This document shows positions 39,383 through 49,659 of a DNA stretch of 64,000 nt, one piece after another; position 1 is the stretch's first letter; every line of letters begins with the position of its first letter. A model generated the notes under the pieces. It was not told where the DNA came from, ran no database searches, and saw nothing but the letters and a program-made list of their open reading frames with translations. Made by a program: the position numbers and the translations under genes. Source of the DNA: an uncultured Planctomycetota bacterium (lineage in GTDB: Bacteria > Planctomycetota > Planctomycetia > Isosphaerales > Isosphaeraceae); assembly GCA_963737655.1 (NCBI GenBank), contig CAVTTN010000002.1, forward strand, positions 5,888,001-5,952,000, read 5' to 3'.

Positions 39383-42300
39383 TCATTCCTTCCGCCTCTG
39401 GATGTAGGCCTTGAGCTGGATGAGGTACGGATGTGTCGGGATCAGCGCGAGCAGACGAGACACGATCGTCTCCGCCTCGGCAAACCGCCCCAACGAGCAC
39501 AAACTCCCCGCATAGCCCGCCGCGATCTCAAAGTTCTCGGGGTTGGCGGCGTAGAGGGCCTCGCGGATGGCGGCGGCGCGGCGGTAGGCGGCCTCGGCCT
39601 CCGGCGCCCGGCCGGCGGTGCGCAGGAGGATTCCGAGGTTGTTGAGGGTCCCGGCCACGCCGCCGCCCAGGGCGACGTTCTCGGGGTTGGCGGCGTAGAG
39701 GGCCTCGCGGATGGCGGCGGCGCGGCGGTAGGCGGCCTCGGCCTCCGGCGCCCGGCCGGCGGCGCGCAGGAGGTTGCCCAGGTTGTTGAGGGTCGAGCCC
39801 ACGCCGCCGCCCAGGGCGACGTTCTCGGGGTTGGCGGCGTAGAGCGCCTCGTAGAGGTCGGCGGCGCGGCGGTAGGCGGCCTCGGCCTCCGGCGCCCGGC
39901 CGGCGGCGCGCAGGAGGTTGCCCAGGTTGTTGAGGGTCATGCCCACGCCGTCGCCCAGGTCGACGTTCTCGGGGTTGGCGGCGTAGAGGGCCTCGTACAC
40001 CAGGGCGGCGCGGCGGTAGGCGGCCTCGGCCTCCGGCGCCCGGCCGGCGGCGCGTAGGAGGATTCCGAGGTTGTTGAGGGTCCCGGCCACGCCGCCCAGG
40101 GCGACGTTCTCGGGGTTGGCGGCGTAGAGGGCCTCGCGGATGGCGGCGGCGCGGCGGTAGGCGGCCTCGGCCTCCGGCGCCCGGCCGGCGGCGCGCAGGA
40201 GGTTGCCCAGGTTGTTGAGGGTCATGCCCACGCCGTCGCCCAGGGCGACGTTCTCGGGGTTGGCGGCGTAGAGGGCCTCGCGGATGGCGGCGGCGCGGCG
40301 GTAGGCGGCCTCGGCCTCCGGCGCCCGGCCGGCGGCGCGCAGGAGGATTCCGAGGTTGTTGAGGGTCCCGGCCACGCCGCCGCCCAGGGCGACGTTCTCG
40401 GGGTTGGCGGCGTAGAGCGCCTCGTAGAGGTCGGCGGCGCGGCGGTAGGCGGCCTCGGCCTCCGGCGCCCGGCCGGCGGCGCTCAGGAGGACCCCGAGGT
40501 TGCTGAGGGTCGAGCCCAAGCCGCCGCCCAGGTCGACGTTCTCGGGGTTGGCGGCGTAGAGGGCCTCGCGGATCGCGGCAGTAGCCTGGTAATAGGCCGT
40601 CGCGGCCAGGGCGAATGGGGTCTGATGGAGCTGGTACGCGGCCCCAAAGAGCGTGTCGGCGAATGCGGCCTCACCCGTGGCCGAGAGGGAGGCCGCGGCG
40701 GTCTCGGCGGTGGGGCTGCCCCGGCCCGGGATGTAGTCGGATCGGGCGATCTCGATGAGGAGGGTCGCGAGGCGGTCGGTCAGCCAGGAGGGGGCGTCTT
40801 TCCAGATCGCGACGATCGAGGCGTAGTCCCCCCGGGCGGCCAGGTCGCGCCCGAGGAAGAGGAAGGCGTCGGCGTATTCGGGGAAGACGGCTTCGTGGGC
40901 CGCCCGGCGACTCCAGGCGGCGACGTCGGCCTTGCGGTCGGGGTCGAGGTGGCGGTAGAGGAGGTATCCGGCCACGGCCTGGTAGAGGAATCGGTAGCCG
41001 CCCCCCTCTTCGCGGACTCTCTTGCGGACCCAGCCCTCGTTGGCGAGGGCCTCGACCGGGTTGGACGTCGCCCGGGCGACCGCCGCCGAGTGCCCCTCCT
41101 CCCAGGCGCGGCGGATCGCGTTCACGTCGTCGTCGTCGAGGTCGGCGCCGGGGCGGCCGAGGTCGTCCAGGAGGTGGTCGAGCACCGGGGCGAGCGCCGG
41201 GCCGAGTCCGGGCCTCTCGGCCATCGCGCGGTCGACGTAGCGGCGGAACAGCGAGGGGACCGTCGTCACCCGCTCGGCCGGTCGGCCGTCGAACGCCTCC
41301 ATGAAGAGGTTGAGGTGCAGCGGGCTGGCCAGGAGCCTCCGCGTCGGCCCCGGCAGGTCGTCCCAGGGCGTGGGGCAGAAGGGAACCCGTTCGCGGGACG
41401 GGGCCGCGTCGGGGCTCTGGTAGAGGCCGTAGACTCGCCGGGCCTGGGCCTCGCCCAGCGGCTCCAGGGAGACGACCGGCGGGCCCGGCATGCCGCCCCG
41501 GCCGTCGGACTCGGGGACGAACAGGTGCGGACGCGCCTCCTCCAGGGGGCTGGGCTCGTTCGGCCCGAGCTTGCCCGACCAGGTCCCCAGCCACTCCTGG
41601 CGGGTCGAGAGCAGGACCTTGCACCAGGGGAACCGAGCGGCCTCCCGGACGAGGTCCAGGGCCTCGCGGAGGGCCAGCTCGGGCGCGCCCGTCTCGTTCA
41701 GGGCGTCGATCACCAGGACCATCCGCCGGCCCTCGACCCGGTCCTCTCTCCAGAGCCGATGGAGGTGGTCGAACAGCTCGCGGAACGATCCGAACCCGCC
41801 GGCCTTGCGGCGCTTCCCGGTGGCCCCCTCGACGGCCACGCCGAGCTTCTCGGCCACGTCGCGGAACAGGGAAACCCCCTCCTCCCGGGGCGCCAGGCCG
41901 TTGCCCCGGAGGAACAGCACGAGGTTCGGGTTCTCGCGGGGAGCCTCCTCGGCGGGCCGAGCCAAGAGGGCCGCGACCCGGTGCGCCAGGAGGGCCGTCT
42001 TGCCCGCGCCCGCCGGGCCGACGAGCAGCAATCCGCCGGTGAACCGCGCCTTCGCCGAGTCCGCCGGCCACCGCGACGGCTCGGGCACGCGGAGGAAGGC
42101 GTCCAGGTGGCGCTCGACGTCCTCGAACGGGACGTAGCACTCGGGGAAGTACTTCCGGCCCAGGAGGTCGTCGAGCGTCTGCCGGGAGTAGTCGGCCGCG
42201 CTGTCGGCGATCGTCCAGGGCGCCGTCTGGGCCTTCTCCAACGCGTAGTCGATCCGCCGGGCGGCCAGGAGCTCGCGCATCCGGTCGCACGAGTTCGGCC

Positions 42301-43174
42301 CCGGCTCGGACAGCCGATGGTGGACGCCCAGGTAGTACAGATAACTGTTCTCCACGACCCGCTTCCCCTCGACGCGGATGCCGTAATGGCCGTCGTAGAG
42401 GTAGAGCGGCTCGCGGCCGGCACCCCGGAGCGGGTTGGCCAGGGGGAACAGGGGGACGGCCCGGCCGTCGGGCGCCACCAGGGCGGCCTCCGACTCGGCG
42501 AAGGCCTCGGCCAGGGGCCCGGAGAGATCCTCCTCCGAGGCCGGGGGTGGCTCGACCCCCTTCAGAGTCCGAACCAGCCCCCGCCCGGGAACGGACGCAT
42601 CCGGGGCTTCGAGGCGGACCTTCAGGCGGTAGTCGCCGAGGAAGTCGAACGCCTCCAAAACCCGATGGAGGACGGGCAGGTAGATTTCGAGGTGATGGGC
42701 GGCCTCGGCCTCGTCGGGGACGCCGCCGTGGGCCGTCCCGTTCCGAAGCGCGAGGATCGCCCGGAGCGGGGCCAGTCGCGTGCCGCCGTCGCCCCTGAGG
42801 CCGAACGGCCGTTCCTCGGTGGTTTTCAGGGCGTCGAGGGCGGCGCAGAGCCCGGGGAAGATCGGCGCGATGCCGACCGCCGGGAGGTGGGTTCGGAGGG
42901 TCTCGACCAGGGCGATCCAGTCGGAGAAGAACGGCGAGCGGATCGAGGCGACCGCCCGGTTCAGGGCCTTCACCCCCTTCTCGGCCGCCTCGTCGATCGG
43001 CCCGAGGAGGTACTGGCCGACCAGCGGCAGGCCGACGATCCGCAGGAGCTGGTACTCGGTGAAGCAGAGCGCCCATCGCCGCAAGGAGGCGTCGCCGGGG
43101 CCGAAGACCAGCGAATACGGATGGGCGATCGGATAGGGGAAGTCGTCGAGGACGCGGCGACGGGGGGAATGCAT
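39383..43174 (-). CDS. STAND/NACHT-like ATPase with HEPN-like N-terminus and TPR repeats
   Basis: FPYPIA...LRNGTAHG; Walker A VGPAGAGKT, Walker B LVIDALNE; 48-aa TPR-like repeats. Confidence 0.85.
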   Translation of the reverse strand: MHSPRRRVLDDFPYPIAHPYSLVFGPGDASLRRWALCFTEYQLLRIVGLPLVGQYLLGPIDEAAEKGVKALNRAVASIRSPFFSDWIALVETLRTHLPAVGIAPIFPGLCAALDALKTTEERPFGLRGDGGTRLAPLRAILALRNGTAHGGVPDEAEAAHHLEIYLPVLHRVLEAFDFLGDYRLKVRLEAPDASVPGRGLVRTLKGVEPPPASEEDLSGPLAEAFAESEAALVAPDGRAVPLFPLANPLRGAGREPLYLYDGHYGIRVEGKRVVENSYLYYLGVHHRLSEPGPNSCDRMRELLAARRIDYALEKAQTAPWTIADSAADYSRQTLDDLLGRKYFPECYVPFEDVERHLDAFLRVPEPSRWPADSAKARFTGGLLLVGPAGAGKTALLAHRVAALLARPAEEAPRENPNLVLFLRGNGLAPREEGVSLFRDVAEKLGVAVEGATGKRRKAGGFGSFRELFDHLHRLWREDRVEGRRMVLVIDALNETGAPELALREALDLVREAARFPWCKVLLSTRQEWLGTWSGKLGPNEPSPLEEARPHLFVPESDGRGGMPGPPVVSLEPLGEAQARRVYGLYQSPDAAPSRERVPFCPTPWDDLPGPTRRLLASPLHLNLFMEAFDGRPAERVTTVPSLFRRYVDRAMAERPGLGPALAPVLDHLLDDLGRPGADLDDDDVNAIRRAWEEGHSAAVARATSNPVEALANEGWVRKRVREEGGGYRFLYQAVAGYLLYRHLDPDRKADVAAWSRRAAHEAVFPEYADAFLFLGRDLAARGDYASIVAIWKDAPSWLTDRLATLLIEIARSDYIPGRGSPTAETAAASLSATGEAAFADTLFGAAYQLHQTPFALAATAYYQATAAIREALYAANPENVDLGGGLGSTLSNLGVLLSAAGRAPEAEAAYRRAADLYEALYAANPENVALGGGVAGTLNNLGILLRAAGRAPEAEAAYRRAAAIREALYAANPENVALGDGVGMTLNNLGNLLRAAGRAPEAEAAYRRAAAIREALYAANPENVALGGVAGTLNNLGILLRAAGRAPEAEAAYRRAALVYEALYAANPENVDLGDGVGMTLNNLGNLLRAAGRAPEAEAAYRRAADLYEALYAANPENVALGGGVGSTLNNLGNLLRAAGRAPEAEAAYRRAAAIREALYAANPENVALGGGVAGTLNNLGILLRTAGRAPEAEAAYRRAAAIREALYAANPENFEIAAGYAGSLCSLGRFAEAETIVSRLLALIPTHPYLIQLKAYIQRRKE
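39534..40580 (-). repeat. Tandem 144-bp TPR-coding repeat, 7 full units plus a partial
   Basis: TTCTCGGGGTTGGCGGCGTAG recurs at 39534, 39678, 39822, 39966, 40107, 40251, 40395, 40539 (one unit is 141 bp). Confidence 0.95.
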
Positions 43175-43585
43175 GGCCGAGGCTCCGGGGTCCGGCGTCT
43201 CGCCGGGGCCCGGTTCGGGCCCCGCGGGGTCGTCTCTCCGTCCGGTCGAGGCCCCCTCCGGGCCGCCGCTCCTGCGCGGCCCCTCGACTGTAAGGGGCGT
43301 CCGACGGGTTTTCCAGGATCAAATCCTCAAGCGATCGCGCAAAGGAGGTCCCGAGGGACTCGTCCCGAGCCGGGACGACCTGGTCAGGGCGATCCGTCCG
43401 TTGGTCCAGGTCATGGCGGAAGCTCCGTTCTCGGGCCTCGGCGCGATGTCATTCCCTCGTTCCCACTGGTCCTTACGCCCGGGACGCGAGAAGATCGGGC
43501 CCGACCGACCTCGGGACTCGTCGGACGCAACCCGGTTGCAACGCCGTCAAGTCGGGGCGGCGGGCCCTTGATGCGGGAGGGACTC

Positions 43586-44572
43586 ATGGCACGCGACGCC
43601 CGGGGGCCCTCCCTGGAGCTGCTCCAGACCCTGGTCCTCTTCGCCGAGCACGGGGCCGGGGCGCGGGTCGCCGCGGCCCTGGGCCTAGACGAGGCGGTGG
43701 TCAGCCGCCGCCTGGGCCAGCTCCGCGAGGACTTCGGGCTGATCGAGAGGCGGGGCCGGACCCCCGAGGTCTCGGCGAAGGGACGGGAGGCCCTGCCGGC
43801 GATCCGGGCGCTGCTGCGGCAGCACGACGGGCTCTGCGACTGGCTGGCCGACCGCCGCCCTGGCCCCCGAGAGCTGGCGCTGGCCCTCGGCGGGTTCGCC
43901 GCCCGCCATTACCTGCCGCGGGCCCTGGCGATCCTCGGCGGCCCGACGGGCGAGGCACACGTCCGGGCGCAGATTCGGAGGGGCCGGGAGCGGGTCTCGG
44001 GGGTCGCCGGGGGCGTCTATGACCTGGCGATCGTCTCCCACTCCGAGCCCCAGGTCCGCTCGATCGCGAGGGGCCTCCCAGGCGGGGCCGAGTTGCGGGT
44101 CTCGCCCCTGGCCGAGCTGCGGCTGGCCGTCGCCGCCCGGCCGGGGACGGCCGCCGCCGAGCCGTTGGGGCGGTCCCTGGCCGGCCAGCCCCTGCCCCTG
44201 GCCGCCCTGGCCGGGATGTCCCTGATCGGGCTCGACCGGCAGTCCGGCGTCCGTCTCCAGGTCGAGGGGAGGCTCCGGGGCCTCGGCACGCCCCCCCGAT
44301 TCCGGGTCGAGGCTGGTGGCTGGGACGCGGCCCGCGAGTGCGCCCGCCAGGGCCTCGGCGCCGCGATCCTCCCCCTGGCCCTCCTCCGCCGCGAGGACGC
44401 CGAGGACCTGGTGGTCCGCCTACTGGAACCCTCGGCCGCGATCCTCCACAGCCTCGTCGAGCGCGACGACCCGGCCGAACCGGCGCTCGACGCCCTCGAG
44501 CAGGCCCTGCTCCGGTCGGCCGAGGGTCTGGCCGAGGAGGTCGAGCGGACCTGGCGGGGCCGCCTGCTGTGA
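43586..44572 (+). CDS. LysR family transcriptional regulator
   Basis: N-terminal HTH VAAALGLDEAVVSRRLGQL; substrate domain YDLAIV, VEAGGWDAARECARQGLGAAILP. Confidence 0.88.
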   Translation: MARDARGPSLELLQTLVLFAEHGAGARVAAALGLDEAVVSRRLGQLREDFGLIERRGRTPEVSAKGREALPAIRALLRQHDGLCDWLADRRPGPRELALALGGFAARHYLPRALAILGGPTGEAHVRAQIRRGRERVSGVAGGVYDLAIVSHSEPQVRSIARGLPGGAELRVSPLAELRLAVAARPGTAAAEPLGRSLAGQPLPLAALAGMSLIGLDRQSGVRLQVEGRLRGLGTPPRFRVEAGGWDAARECARQGLGAAILPLALLRREDAEDLVVRLLEPSAAILHSLVERDDPAEPALDALEQALLRSAEGLAEEVERTWRGRLL

Positions 44573-44587
44573 TCGGTGCGTATCGGG

Positions 44588-45697
44588 TCAGTCGGGCCGG
44601 GGGCCGAGAGAGTCGAGCGCCTCCAGGAGCCGGGGCGGCTTCAGGCAGGTGCAGGAGGCGCAAGGCGTCTTTCCCGCCACGCCGAGCCGGCCGACCTCGG
44701 CGAGGGGGCCGGGCCCGGCCTTGAAGACCGTCCCCTTGCCGGGTCCGCCCCCGGCCAGCCAGCGGACGAAGTGGCAGCGGAGCGGCTCGACCTCGACCCA
44801 GCCGCCGGCCTCGACCTCCCGGCGGCTCCAGGCCGACGACCCGCGGTCCTCGTACGGCTTCCACCAGACCTCCAGCCGCCCCTCCAGCACCCCGTAGATC
44901 TCGACGATCGGGGCGCCGTGGACGTGGACGTCCTGCGGGTCCTTCGCGGTGAAGAAGCTCCAGGTGAAGCCCAGCCCCTGCCTCTGGTGGCGGAGGTACG
45001 GGTCGGCCACCCGGAGGTTGAACGCCCGGGGGCCGGCCTCCAGGATCGCGTCGAGCGTGGCCCGGTCGAGGATCGACACGCCCGAGCGGTTCCGCGACCG
45101 CCACCGCCGGGCCAGGGCGTCCATCGACGGCCCCGAGACGTCGCCCCCCAGCCACCTCCTCGAGGCGCCGACGCGTCGCTCCTCCTCCGGGCGGGACCGG
45201 TATCGGGCCTCCAGATCCGCCTCTCGGGCCCGGAGCCCCTCGAAGACCAGCCGGGCCGTCGGCGACAGGTCGGGCCGGGCCAGGGCGTCCCCGGCGGTCC
45301 GCCACTCGCCGCCGAGCCTCTGGGCGATCGGGCCGAGGTCGTCGGGATGGACCCAGGCGACGATCGGGTAGATCGTGTACCGGGTTGGCTCGCCCAGGGC
45401 CGGCGAGACGAGCTCGACGGACTCGGCCGGCAGCTCCTCCTCGATCGCGTAGCGGCCGTCGTCCAGGCCGAGGTCCCCCTGCATCAGGTCGTCGACGAAC
45501 GCCTCGACCGAGCGGCCGTCGAGCGAGGGGGCGGCCTCGTCCCGGACCGTCTTCTTCGCAGGAAGGCCGAGGAGCGGGGCCTCCCCCGACCCGACGTGCC
45601 ACCGGGGGTGGGGGTGGATGAGAAAAAGGGTCTCTCCGGGCCCACCGCCTCCTTGAGGGATGAGCATGTGGACGACGTGAACGCTCCGCCCTGTCAT
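44588..45697 (-). CDS. Hypothetical protein: degenerate NUDIX-like N-terminus + cupin C-terminus
   Basis: Cupin HVH...EIYGVLEG...CHFV; N-half FLIHPHPRW...LPAKK...SPALGEPTRYTIY...EWRTAGDAL resembles NUDIX fold (weak). Confidence 0.55.
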   Translation of the reverse strand: MTGRSVHVVHMLIPQGGGGPGETLFLIHPHPRWHVGSGEAPLLGLPAKKTVRDEAAPSLDGRSVEAFVDDLMQGDLGLDDGRYAIEEELPAESVELVSPALGEPTRYTIYPIVAWVHPDDLGPIAQRLGGEWRTAGDALARPDLSPTARLVFEGLRAREADLEARYRSRPEEERRVGASRRWLGGDVSGPSMDALARRWRSRNRSGVSILDRATLDAILEAGPRAFNLRVADPYLRHQRQGLGFTWSFFTAKDPQDVHVHGAPIVEIYGVLEGRLEVWWKPYEDRGSSAWSRREVEAGGWVEVEPLRCHFVRWLAGGGPGKGTVFKAGPGPLAEVGRLGVAGKTPCASCTCLKPPRLLEALDSLGPRPD

Positions 45698-46377
45698 GGC
45701 AACCCCCGGCCCTCGCCCGGTGCATTTCCTATGGATAAAGTGGCGGTTCACGGCCAGCGAGTCAAGGACGGCGAAGGCCACGTCCGGCGCGTGGCCCGGC
45801 CCCGATTGTCGCCGGCATCCGGTGCCTCCTCGCCGATGCCTCAATATCCGGTTTTCCTGAAGCCATGAGAATTAAGTTGGCACCCCCGGGCTCGCGGTGG
45901 GACAATCCGTCCGAGCAGAGACCGGGGATCAGAGATTCGGGAACGGGGCCGAGGAGGCAGATATGGTCTCGCAGATCATCCGATGGAATTGCCCGGGTGC
46001 CGGAGGGGGCCTGATCCTGGGCCGTCTCCCGTTCGGGCCCTCGGCCATGGGTGAGGTCCCGGGCAGGGTCAGGCGACCGCTTCTGCGAGCGGGATCCGGG
46101 GGTGGCCGGGGGCCAGGGACCCCGATCGAACGGGATTTTCCTTGAAAACGCACCAGGGGCCCTTGAGACCGCTCGGCCCGTCACGCCTATGACGTCGTGC
46201 GCAGGGCCCGTCACGATGACGTCCTCAATCCTGAGCGTGCGATCCCTCACGCGGCTGTCCGGGCTCCGAAGACGCCGCCGAGGGCGGGCCTGAGGCCGGT
46301 GCTCGATCCGGTCACGCGGCCTGGGAGGCCGGACTTCGCGCGTGCCGGTCCGCGGAACCCTCGATCGGAGGCCGGGC

Positions 46378-49334
46378 GTGCCGACGACCGAGCCCGCGAC
46401 GCTGGACGATCGGATCAATTTCCTCGTCGAGGCCGTCGATCCCGAGATCCGCCTCGGCCTCCAGCAGCAGCTCAGGACCCTCCGCGGCGCCGACAATCCC
46501 CTCGGCGTGGTGCTGGGCATGTCCCGGCTGGCAATCCAACTATTTCGGCTCATCTATCGAGATGCCGGCAAGAAATGGCCGGACGGCGACAACCTCTATT
46601 CCGTCATCGTCCGGGCCGCGAAGGGGGATGCGGCCGAAAAGATCCCCGGATACCAGATCCTGCCCGAGGCGCTCGACTCGCCCCTTCACACGCTCCGCGT
46701 GATGTCGAACAAGGTTGATCACGCGGCCGAGCGGTTCCGCATCGGCGTGGACGAGGCCGAGATGGTCCTCAACGCCCTCCTCTCGGTCCTCCGCTGGTAC
46801 TACTGCGATTCGTCGCTCGCCTCGCCCCCCCTGCCGGCGATCTATTCGTTCGGGCCTCCGACCCCGGCGGGTCCGCCTCGGGTGCCCCGGTCGGGGGCGG
46901 ATGGGGCGCCCTCGAACCTCCCCTATTTCGACGACGCGTTCGTCGGGCGTCTCCATGAGTTGGAGCAAATTCGCTTCCTCCTGGTCGACGAGGCGAAGGG
47001 GGTCGTGACGATCACCGGGACCGGGGGGATCGGCAAGACGAGGTTCGCGTGCGAGGCGGCGAGGGCCCTTCTGCCCTACTTTCCCGGGGGAGCCTTCCTG
47101 GTCGAGCTGAAGGAGAGGCTGACGATCGACGACCTCTGCGTCGCCATCGGGGACGCCTTCGGGTTGAGGCTCGACCAGCAGGACCGGCCGATAGACGTGA
47201 TCGGCAGCTTCCTGAGGTCGCTCGCCCGGCCGACCCTCCTCGTCCTCGACAACTTCGAGCACATGGCCATCCACGCGGATCGGACCGTGAGGGCCTGGAG
47301 GTCGACGGCCCGGGCCGTACAGATGCTCGTGACCAGCCGAGTCTCGCTGGGGACCTCGGGGGAGCACCTCTTCCCGCTGCCGAGCCTCGACGTCCCTCCC
47401 CCCGTGATCCTGGGGACGGGGGAGGCGTTGGCCCCGGGAGCGGGGCCGGTCCAGGAGCCGCCGGGGCTCGGGAGCGAGGACATCAGGGCCATCGGCCACA
47501 ACGAGGCGGTCCGGCTCTTCTGCCAGGCCGCGTCCTCGCGGGGGCGGCGGTTCGAGCTCGATGCGGCGACGGCCATCCCCGTGGTCCAGATCTGCCAACT
47601 CCTCCAGGGCCAGCCCCTCCCGATTATCCTCGTGGCCAAGCGCGCCCGCTTCCGTCCCGTCCTGGACCTGTACCTGGAGGCGAGCGAGAGCCCGCTCGAG
47701 GCCGCGTTTGCCGACGGCCAGACCCTGCGTGCGACCATCGCATGGAGCTACGACCTCCTGTCCGAGGGCGAGCGCGACGTCTTCCGGCAGGTCTGCGTCT
47801 TCCGCGACGGGTTCACCTCCGATGCCGTCGACGAGGTCGTCGCCCCCTCGGACGGTTCGGGGCGCAGCGCCGAGGAATTCGTCGAAAGATTGTGCGACTA
47901 CAGCCTCGTCGAGTGCGTCCCCCGGCCCGACGGCCGGACCCGATTCACCCTGTTCCAGACGGTCCTGGACTTCGGGAGGAACCTCTGGCCCGAGGGCCCG
48001 GATCGCCCGCCCCCGGGGGTCGCTCTGCGCTGGGCGGAATACTGCGCGAGGTCTGCCGAGCTCTGGGCCGGTCGCATTCCGACCGAGGAGTGCGGGCCGG
48101 CCCTCGACCGGCTGGTCGAGGAGCGAGAGAACCTCCTGGCCGCCCATCGCTGGGCCCTGGCCTCGGGCGAAGCGCACCTCGCTTCCCGCATCATCCTCGC
48201 CTTCGCCCCGGCCCTCAAGTACCGAGGGCCCTGGACGATCCGCGTCGAGAGGCTCCTGGAGACGCTGGACGTCACCCCCCTCGACGACGGCCGCCTCGGG
48301 GTCCTCCTGCGGATCGAGGCTCTCGGACGCCCTCTGGGGCATCGGCGACTACCCGGCCGCGCTGGAGGCCGCCCAGGCGGCCCTGGCCGCGGCCCGGGTC
48401 CTCCCCGCCACGGATCTCCCCCTCCTCGCCCGCTCGCTGGACGAGGCGGCGAAGCGGGCCGCGGACAACGGAAAGACGGCCCTCGCCGTCCGACTGCACG
48501 AGGAGGGCCGGGACCTCGGGATCCGGGAACGGGACGAATTCATCATCGCCCTCCACGAGACCGGCCTCGGTTCCATCTTCGACCGCGCCGGAAGGTTCGA
48601 TGAGGCGCGATCCTCCGTCCGTTCCGCCGTCGGCCGCCTCGAGCGTTCGGCCGACCCGATGACGCTGGCCTGGGCCGTTAACCGGCTGGGGCTGGTGCTC
48701 TGGCACGAGGGCAAGAGCGAGGAGGCCCTCGGGCACTTCGTGAGGGTCGAGCGTCTGTTCCGACAGGTCGATTACCCCCGTTGGTACGCAGGGGCGATGA
48801 CCAACCAGGGCCTCGCCTTGAATGACCTGGAGCGATTCGAGGAGGCCGAGGTTTGCTTCCGGGCCGCGGGTGCCATCCACACCGGTCAGGGGAACCGCTC
48901 CTGGTGGGCCGTCAACCAGGCCGGCCTGGGCGCGAACTATCTTCTCAGGGGCCGCCCGGCAATGGCGATCCAGGTGCTCTCGGGCGCGATGCTCGCGGCC
49001 CAGGAGACGCATTATCTCGAGAATCTGGCCCTGATCCACGGGCTCCTCGGTCGGGCCTATTCCCAGCGGGGCGAATACCCCGAGTCGAGGGCCCATCTCG
49101 TCCGGGCGGTCGTCATCGAGCACGGCATCGGGACCCGCGACCGGCGCTGATTTCGGGAATCTCGTCCGGCTGGCCTGGGTGCTGACCGCGTTGGGTAGGC
49201 CCCTGAAGGCCCGGTCCCTGCTCCGGGTCGGCGGCGAACTCTCGAGGAGGCTCGGGCTCTCCGCAACGCATCCCCTCGGGCCGGTCCGGGACGACCTGAA
49301 GATCGCCCGGGAACTCCAGGGGCCCCCGACCTGA
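46378..49334 (+). CDS. DUF4145/HEPN-like + NB-ARC (AfsR-type STAND) + TPR; frameshifts near 48320 and 49148
   Basis: LRVMSNKVDHA; TGTGGIGKT, LVLDNFEH, QGQPLPI, TIAWSYDLL; TPR frame AVNRLGLVLW, AMTNQGLAL. Confidence 0.82.
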
Positions 49335-49659
49335 ATCGACCGGAAACGCATTTCTCGCCCGTCCACCCCATCCGCCATCCGGGCCGTCGATTCGCCGGGC
49401 CGACAAGGCGAACGAGGAGGCCGACCTCGGGCGATTCGACATGCAAGGGCCAACATTACTGATTAGAATCCACGGGTCGTCATCGGACCAGGCCGCGCCG
49501 CCGCGACCTCGGGTACGGGCGGGTTGCCGCCGACGCAACCGGCATGCTCGGGCCGCAACCCGGGAGGGCCCGGGGCGAACGGCCGGGGCCTGGGCGACGT
49601 CCTGGCGGGTGAGGGGCCTCCGTTCCGGCGGCCCTCGATCGATCGAGGGGAGGGGCATC

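Noticed and set aside
39534..40580. Diversity-generating retroelement behind the TPR variation
   Set aside because: No reverse transcriptase or separate template repeat in the window; variation is not adenine-specific
40625..44572. 1315-aa plus-strand ORF, and similar long Arg/Pro/Gly-rich ORFs elsewhere
   Set aside because: High-GC shadow frames; only 43586-44572 (LysR) is supported
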